Of a stretch of DNA of 64,000 nt, positions 58,399 through 64,000 are shown piece after piece (position 1 is the first letter of the stretch; the number at the start of each line of letters is the position of its first letter). The stretch is from contig CAVSHR010000004.1 of assembly GCA_963727625.1 (NCBI GenBank), forward strand, positions 256,001 to 320,000, written 5' to 3'. The DNA is from an uncultured delta proteobacterium. GTDB lineage: Bacteria; Desulfobacterota; Binatia; UBA9968. Both the position numbers and the translations under genes were made by a program. The notes beneath the pieces are model-generated. The model did not search any database. It saw only the letters and a program-made list of their open reading frames with translations, and was not told where the DNA came from.

Positions 58399-59556
58399 TC
58401 AATCGCGCACGACGCTACCGGCGCTCGTGGTGATAAACGCCGCTTTCGCCGGGTCGCGGAGAACTCCTTTGGGGTCGTCTCCCCGCAGCGCTGCTTGAAT
58501 CGCTTTTCTTAAAATTCCTCGAAATATCAGCACGCCTTTGTCGGAACTGACGAGATGCTCCAGGCCGTGCAGCGCAATCGGCCCCTGCCCTTCGACCGCT
58601 TCCTTATCGTCGGGATGGCGCTGGGTGTACTCATAGCTTGTGTTCTTGCGTCCGCCGGGCGCCAGCTGTTCGCGACCGGTAAGAGTGTCGCCTTCGCCGT
58701 CCGCTATCCAGCGAATGCTGGCGCCGAGCTGATGGCTATCGTCCACCGGCACGCAGTAACTCACCGCCCGCACCCGTTCGGTATGGGGCTCGTCGGTGTA
58801 GACCAAATGGATGTTGAGCGGCATGATCATTTCCCAGATGAGTTCCCACCACTTGCCGTTTTCCAATCTGCGCGTGAGCGTGAAACGCATGCCCATCTCG
58901 GTCTCTTCATATTGCAGGGCATCGGGATCGATACCGTACGCCGGCGAAGGGAACTGCGCGCCGCTGTGGCGCGTATGCAGCCAGAAGGTGTGCAGCGCGT
59001 CCATTAGATTTTCTTCGGCCTGGAGCCAATTGCAGTTCACCGGCCCGCCGACCCGCGGCCCCATGCGCGCCTTGAGCTTGCCGCCGGCCATTTGCCAGAC
59101 ATCGTAAAGCGGAAATTCCGGCAGCTTGTCGAGCGGCCCCAGGTAGGCGAATACCAATCCGGCGAACTCGCGCACCGGGTAACAAGGATGCTGGACCTGT
59201 TTTAAATAGGGATTGTGGGCTGGTTCCAGCGGCATTTCCAAGACTTTCCCTTCGACGTCATAGAGCCAGCCGTGATAGCAGCAGCGAAGCCCGCGCTGCT
59301 CGACGCGGCCGTACTCAAGCGAGCTGCCGCGATGGCTGCAGCGCGGAAACAAGACCCCGGCTCTCCCTTCGCCGTCGCGAAAGACGACCAAATCTTCGCC
59401 GAGAATGCGGACTGGTTTTGGCAAATCTCCGAGATCCGCCGATAAACAAACCGGCTGCCAGTAGCGGCGCATCAGCTCGCCGCACGGCGTGCCCGGCCCG
59501 ACCCGCGTGAGCGTGGGATCGGGTTCGGGAATCTCCAGGCCGTAAGCACTTTTCAT
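58399..59556 (-). CDS. Rieske non-heme iron oxygenase alpha subunit (phthalate dioxygenase-like)
   Basis: CSHRG...CCYHGW; ENLMDALHTFWLH. Confidence 0.92.
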   Translation of the reverse strand: MKSAYGLEIPEPDPTLTRVGPGTPCGELMRRYWQPVCLSADLGDLPKPVRILGEDLVVFRDGEGRAGVLFPRCSHRGSSLEYGRVEQRGLRCCYHGWLYDVEGKVLEMPLEPAHNPYLKQVQHPCYPVREFAGLVFAYLGPLDKLPEFPLYDVWQMAGGKLKARMGPRVGGPVNCNWLQAEENLMDALHTFWLHTRHSGAQFPSPAYGIDPDALQYEETEMGMRFTLTRRLENGKWWELIWEMIMPLNIHLVYTDEPHTERVRAVSYCVPVDDSHQLGASIRWIADGEGDTLTGREQLAPGGRKNTSYEYTQRHPDDKEAVEGQGPIALHGLEHLVSSDKGVLIFRGILRKAIQAALRGDDPKGVLRDPAKAAFITTSAGSVVRD

Positions 59557-59732
59557 CTCCGCCCCCCTTGGTCGCCGGCTGCCGATGCCGCTCATTGTGC
59601 CGAAAACCGTCGGCTTGCGCGACGGACGAATGATTCAACGGTCAATAAGGCTGGCTGCCTCTGCCACCCCGACCCTATTACTGCAAGCGTGGCAGACAAG
59701 TCAAAGCACGAAGCCAATCAGCAGAATGTTAA

Positions 59733-61004
59733 CTACTTGCGGAGTTGAGAAACCCGGAAGTCTCCATCACGCAAGCCAGCAAGCTGTTCGTCGCGTGTGA
59801 TATCGAAGCGCCGCAATTCCGTACCGGACAACCTTTCATCCGCGAAAATTCGCGCGACGAGATAATCCAATTTCTCCGAGTCTCGTGAAAATTCAAAATG
59901 AAGATGCGGTCCGGTGCTGTGACCCGTATCGCCGACATACCCGATAACATCACCGGCTTTCACTCGTTTGCCGGTCCTCACGTTATCACCAAACGACGAG
60001 AGATGCCCATAGGACGACACGTAGCCGTCGCCGTGATTAATTTCGACGAGATAACCAAACCCACCGTGCCACCCGGCAAACTCGACGACGCCTTGTCCAA
60101 CGGCAACGACGGGCGTACCTTCCACCGCGACATAGTCGATGCCTTCGTGAGGTCGAATTTTGCCGGTCATGGGATCTGGTCGTGCGAGGCCAAAGGTCGA
60201 GGAGATGCGATCGTATTTGAGCGGCGCGGCCAAAAATCGATGCGGCAAGCGGATGCCTTCCGCGTCAAAATATCGTGGTTGGCCACCGATTTCGCCATAT
60301 TCGAACGCGCTGTAGTATTCCCCCGCAACCTTTAACGATACCGCGGCGATGGGCCCAATCGAACGCTGCCCGTCCGCATAAAACCGCTCGGTTACGACAA
60401 TGGCAAACGCGTCGCCTCGCTTGGCAACCTGCAGCAGATCGATGTCAGACTCAAAAATTTTTTGCAGTTGGGTTACGTGTTCCGGGGCAAGGCCGGCACG
60501 CACTGAACTATGCGCGAAGTCATCGCTGACTGTGCCGCGAACCGCTTTGAGCCGCGAGGTGAAAGGCAATGCCCATTGGTCAACCAGCCACCCATCTGCG
60601 CTGGCGTCTGCCCGCACCACTCGTTTCCACACGACCATTTCGAACCCACGCACGCTCGCGTCCTCCGTATCGATCACCAGATCAACCTTTTGTCCAGCGG
60701 GTAGCGTCCGGACATTAAAGAACGGGCGTAGTTTGTCAATCAACTCTTGCGCCGAGGGCAGCTTCAATCCGTGGCGAACCAACAAACTCGCCAGGCTGTC
60801 CCCCGGCGTTATGCGCAAGCTGACTCGTTGTTGGCGCTCATCGGGATTCTGCCCAAAGTTAGAGCTCGTCTGCGCGGGCAAAACCGCCGGGACAGTGGCG
60901 CGGAATAGCAGCCCGAGCAGCGCGAGAAACAGCATCAATATCCGCGCCAGCGAGGCACAAAACAATCGGGCAGGAAATCCGTCGTCCGGAGAAAGCTGCG
61001 TCAT
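59733..61004 (-). CDS. M23 family murein DD-endopeptidase (MepM-like; start uncertain)
   Basis: HEGID, YGHL, STGPHLHFE. Confidence 0.9.
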   Translation of the reverse strand: MTQLSPDDGFPARLFCASLARILMLFLALLGLLFRATVPAVLPAQTSSNFGQNPDERQQRVSLRITPGDSLASLLVRHGLKLPSAQELIDKLRPFFNVRTLPAGQKVDLVIDTEDASVRGFEMVVWKRVVRADASADGWLVDQWALPFTSRLKAVRGTVSDDFAHSSVRAGLAPEHVTQLQKIFESDIDLLQVAKRGDAFAIVVTERFYADGQRSIGPIAAVSLKVAGEYYSAFEYGEIGGQPRYFDAEGIRLPHRFLAAPLKYDRISSTFGLARPDPMTGKIRPHEGIDYVAVEGTPVVAVGQGVVEFAGWHGGFGYLVEINHGDGYVSSYGHLSSFGDNVRTGKRVKAGDVIGYVGDTGHSTGPHLHFEFSRDSEKLDYLVARIFADERLSGTELRRFDITRDEQLAGLRDGDFRVSQLRK

Positions 61005-61273
61005 TAGGCCTGACATCCTCGAAGATTTCGCACTTTTTGTATAAGACTTTGTCCGAGCGTTCAACCCGTGACAAGTAATTTCTCTTATCGCTTCTAGGAA
61101 TTAATAAGGTTGCCAAAGATTTCATAAAACTGCCAGGTTTTTCATTATCGAACTGTTTAGTCAGTATAGATGGCTTAGCCGGGAAATGGACATTTAGCGA
61201 CATGCTTGACAGGTTTAAAGACTCGGCCTAACGTCTGGGCAGCTCGCCAGACACGGTCATGAGGAAGCGCATA

Positions 61274-62356
61274 ATGCCCAACAATTTGACCATTATTGAT
61301 GCGGACGCCCATGTCATCGAGACCGGCAAGACATGGGAGTACCTCTCGGCTTCAGAACAGAAGTTTCGACCGAAACTCTATTCCACTCCCGAAGATCCGA
61401 CTCGGCAATATTGGGTGATCGATGACAAGGTCGCGGGGTTTCGCTTTTCGACTTTAACCGAGCGCGAGCTGCACGAATTCGCCGAGCGCGCGGGGAGAAA
61501 TTTTGAAACGCCGCAAGCGGCGCGTGAGCTCGATGACGTCGATCTGCGTTTGAATCACATGGATGAGTTAGGCATCGATATCCAGGTGCTCCACAACACC
61601 TTTTGGATCGAACGAATCACAACGAGACCTGATGCCGAGGTCGCGCTGTGCCGCAGTTGGAATCGCTGGCTGGCGGATATTTCGAGAAGAAGCCACGGTC
61701 GATTATTTTACTCCTGCGTCGTACCGGCGATGAATATTAATGCAGCCATCGAAGAAGTGAAGTTCGCCAAGGTAAACGGCGGCGCGGCGGTTTGCATGCG
61801 GCCGCTGGAAGGCGACCGTCATCTCTCGGACCCCTATTTCCATCCGCTCTACCGAGTCGCCAGCGATCTCGAAATGGCAATTGCCGTGCACATCGCCAAC
61901 GGCAATCCGGAGAACGCCGATCTCTACCGTCTGGCGCCCGCCGGCCGCTTCGCGCAGTTCCGCGTACCGACCGTGACCGCTTGTTTCGATGTCATTATGA
62001 GCGACCTGCACGACAAGTTCCCCACGCTCCGCTGGGGCTTCATCGAAGCTTCGGCCCAATGGGTGCCATGGATCTATCGCGAGGCGAAAATCCGTTACCG
62101 CGTCGCCAATCGATTTTTTCCGGAAAACCTCTTTGACGCTTACAATATTTTCGTCACCTGCCAAGTCAATGATGATATTCCGTATATCGTACGCTGCGCC
62201 GGCGAAGACCGCTTGGTGATCGGTACCGACTACGGCCACACCGACCCGTCCAGCGCGGTGACCGCGTTAAATGAATTCCAGCGCATGGAAGGTCTCGGCC
62301 CGGCGATCAAAGAAAAAATCCTCTCGCTCAACGCCAAGGCGCTGTACGGGTTCTGA
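61274..62356 (+). CDS. Amidohydrolase_2 family protein
   Basis: IDADAH, CRSWNRW, AVH, FIEA, GTDYGH. Confidence 0.92.
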   Translation: MPNNLTIIDADAHVIETGKTWEYLSASEQKFRPKLYSTPEDPTRQYWVIDDKVAGFRFSTLTERELHEFAERAGRNFETPQAARELDDVDLRLNHMDELGIDIQVLHNTFWIERITTRPDAEVALCRSWNRWLADISRRSHGRLFYSCVVPAMNINAAIEEVKFAKVNGGAAVCMRPLEGDRHLSDPYFHPLYRVASDLEMAIAVHIANGNPENADLYRLAPAGRFAQFRVPTVTACFDVIMSDLHDKFPTLRWGFIEASAQWVPWIYREAKIRYRVANRFFPENLFDAYNIFVTCQVNDDIPYIVRCAGEDRLVIGTDYGHTDPSSAVTALNEFQRMEGLGPAIKEKILSLNAKALYGF

Positions 62357-62473
62357 TTAAAGACGAGGAGAGGAGAATCTAGTCGGCCACGTGCGAATCA
62401 CGGCAAGACGCCCGAGGAACGGCGCGCGAAACGAACCGCGGATCACTCTAACGGATGCGGGAAGCGGTGAGAT

Positions 62474-63568
62474 TTATCCGATCCCGTAAAGCCTTCTCGG
62501 GCTCTCGCACAAGATTTTTTCGATCACGTGCGGCGCCACGTCCTCGCGCGAGCGCATGTTCTTTACGAATTCGGGCTCCTTCGACGGATCGTTGTGACCG
62601 TAGTCGGAGCCGATGACCAAATGATCTTCCCCAACGTAATTGAGCAAGTGTGGCAACTCTTCGTCGGCTTCGCACGCGATCCAAAAGCGGTAGTCGCGAA
62701 ACAGATCCTGCGGATTCTGCTTTTTTAAATCCGATCTAACCGAGCGCCGCAGCACATGAAAGATATACGGCACCCAGCTCGCCGCCGCTTCGATGAAGCC
62801 AAAGCGCAATTTAGGGAACTGCTCCGGGATGCGGTTGGCGACGAGATCCCGAAAGGCCACCACCGGCAAGACTCGGTTGTGCGCAAAGGTATGATTGCGC
62901 TCGACGTCGAAGAGCTGCATCAAGTAGCGGCTGCCCGAACCGGTGTGGATGCAAATGGTCAGATCGAGCATTTCCGCCTGGGCGTAGATCGGCGCGAAGT
63001 ACGGATTATCCAGCGTAAGATTGCCTTCTATGCCGCGGAAGAAGATCCCCACTGCGCCCTGATCCTTGGCCCATTTCATTTCCTGCAACGATCCATCGAT
63101 AGTGCGCAGCGGCAAGATCGCGACCCACTTGAGCCGATCCGGCGCCTTGGCGCAGGCGGCGGCGACAAAACGATTGTAAGCGCGGCAGAGCGCGACCTCC
63201 AACTTGGCATCGTCGGTCAAGTAAACCAGGAACAGCGTCGGATAGATGACTTGCACGTCGACGCCGATCTTGTCCATATCTTTAAGGCGGGCCAGCGGAT
63301 CGGTGAGCTCGCGCACTCCGAGGTGAATATCGCCGCGGCCCGATTCCTTCTTTTGCGCCGACGGCGTGATCAGGCTGAAGCTGGCCTTGCCCGCCGGTTT
63401 GGGAAAGATCTCGCCGTCGATCAGCCAGAAAGCATTGCGGTCCTTGTACCAGGTGTCATCGGGGATTTTTGCCAGCACCGGCCGGCGCGGGTACATTTCT
63501 TGGTCGATGTAGCCCCACATCGCGTCCGACTCGGCAATGTGGGTGTCGGCGTCCAAAACTCCGGGCAT
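62474..63568 (-). CDS. Amidohydrolase_2 family protein
   Basis: LDADTH, CRAYNRF, CIH, FIEA, GSDYGH; GGAG RBS before ATG 63568. Confidence 0.92.
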   Translation of the reverse strand: MPGVLDADTHIAESDAMWGYIDQEMYPRRPVLAKIPDDTWYKDRNAFWLIDGEIFPKPAGKASFSLITPSAQKKESGRGDIHLGVRELTDPLARLKDMDKIGVDVQVIYPTLFLVYLTDDAKLEVALCRAYNRFVAAACAKAPDRLKWVAILPLRTIDGSLQEMKWAKDQGAVGIFFRGIEGNLTLDNPYFAPIYAQAEMLDLTICIHTGSGSRYLMQLFDVERNHTFAHNRVLPVVAFRDLVANRIPEQFPKLRFGFIEAAASWVPYIFHVLRRSVRSDLKKQNPQDLFRDYRFWIACEADEELPHLLNYVGEDHLVIGSDYGHNDPSKEPEFVKNMRSREDVAPHVIEKILCESPRRLYGIG

Positions 63569-63634
63569 CTCTTGATCTCCTAAATTCCGTTCAAAACGTT
63601 TCAGTCGTTCAAATCCCCGGAGGGTAGACATATT

Positions 63635-63898
63635 TCATCGTTTAAACTTGTCGATGAAACCGCTCTTTTTTATTTCGTCGAGCACGCTCGAATCCAACAC
63701 ACTCAGGCTCTGCGGCGTCTGCCCTTTCGTCTTCGGCTTCGTGCCGACCCGTTGAGAGAGAAGGAAATCGAGTCTTTTACGGTCGAGCGTCACTATCACG
63801 CCCTTGCCATTCCTAGCTCAATAATAATCCCAGCCGATATTGATGTCCTAATCGCTCGCGCCAATATATTTATTGATCAGCTGCAAATCAAAAACAGG
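63635..63898 (-). pseudogene. Degraded C-terminus of an NMT1-type substrate-binding protein
   Basis: LINKYIGASD*DINIGWDYY*...TKPKTKGQTPQSLSVLDSSVLDEIKKSGFIDKF resembles the end of 44092-45111 (LIDSRYLDDMEKSGFFNRL); two in-frame stops. Confidence 0.65.
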
Positions 63899-64000
63899 GT
63901 TGAGCGAAAATTTTGCCAATTTGGAATCGGCGGCGGCGGAAAATCAAATGACCACAAATGGAGACGGGGTCGCGAAGAAACTCTGGTGCGCATCAGACTT

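Noticed and set aside
63818-63820. In-frame TGA in the SBP remnant as Sec
   Set aside because: It is accompanied by an in-frame TAG, is not at a Cys-type position, and has no evident SECIS.

Overview
GC-rich bacterial chromosome segment. The gene content (xerD-S2P-trpS-scpAB-rluB block, many amidohydrolase_2, NMT1-type SBP, heme-oxygenase-like and LLM paralogues) suggests a deltaproteobacterial-type lineage such as Binatota; this is inference. The window appears to span the replication terminus: a canonical 28-bp dif site lies at 8306-8333 and core-gene orientation flips around it. Main findings: (1) a sulfide:quinone oxidoreductase-like flavoprotein whose apparent stop is an in-frame UGA at the expected second catalytic Cys, followed by a bacterial SECIS-type hairpin and 53 more codons of typical SQR C-terminus, i.e. 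a probable selenoprotein (8488-9645). (2) A ~1.9-kb integrase-less element inserted at dif (6410-8333), with a 19-bp direct repeat, a degenerate XerD arm, a second cer-like site, a Zn-ribbon/DUF4145 gene, orphan ORFs and a highly structured non-coding segment with two loop-target complementarities. (3) An Rv1830/McdR-like MerR regulator with a palindromic operator at its promoter, heading the mutS-amidase-glnD-xerD-scpAB gene run. The rest is housekeeping genes, a tRNA-Arg, sulfur-handling and catabolic enzymes, one homopolymer frameshift and two gene remnants. All calls come from motif recognition by eye; no database searches were run.
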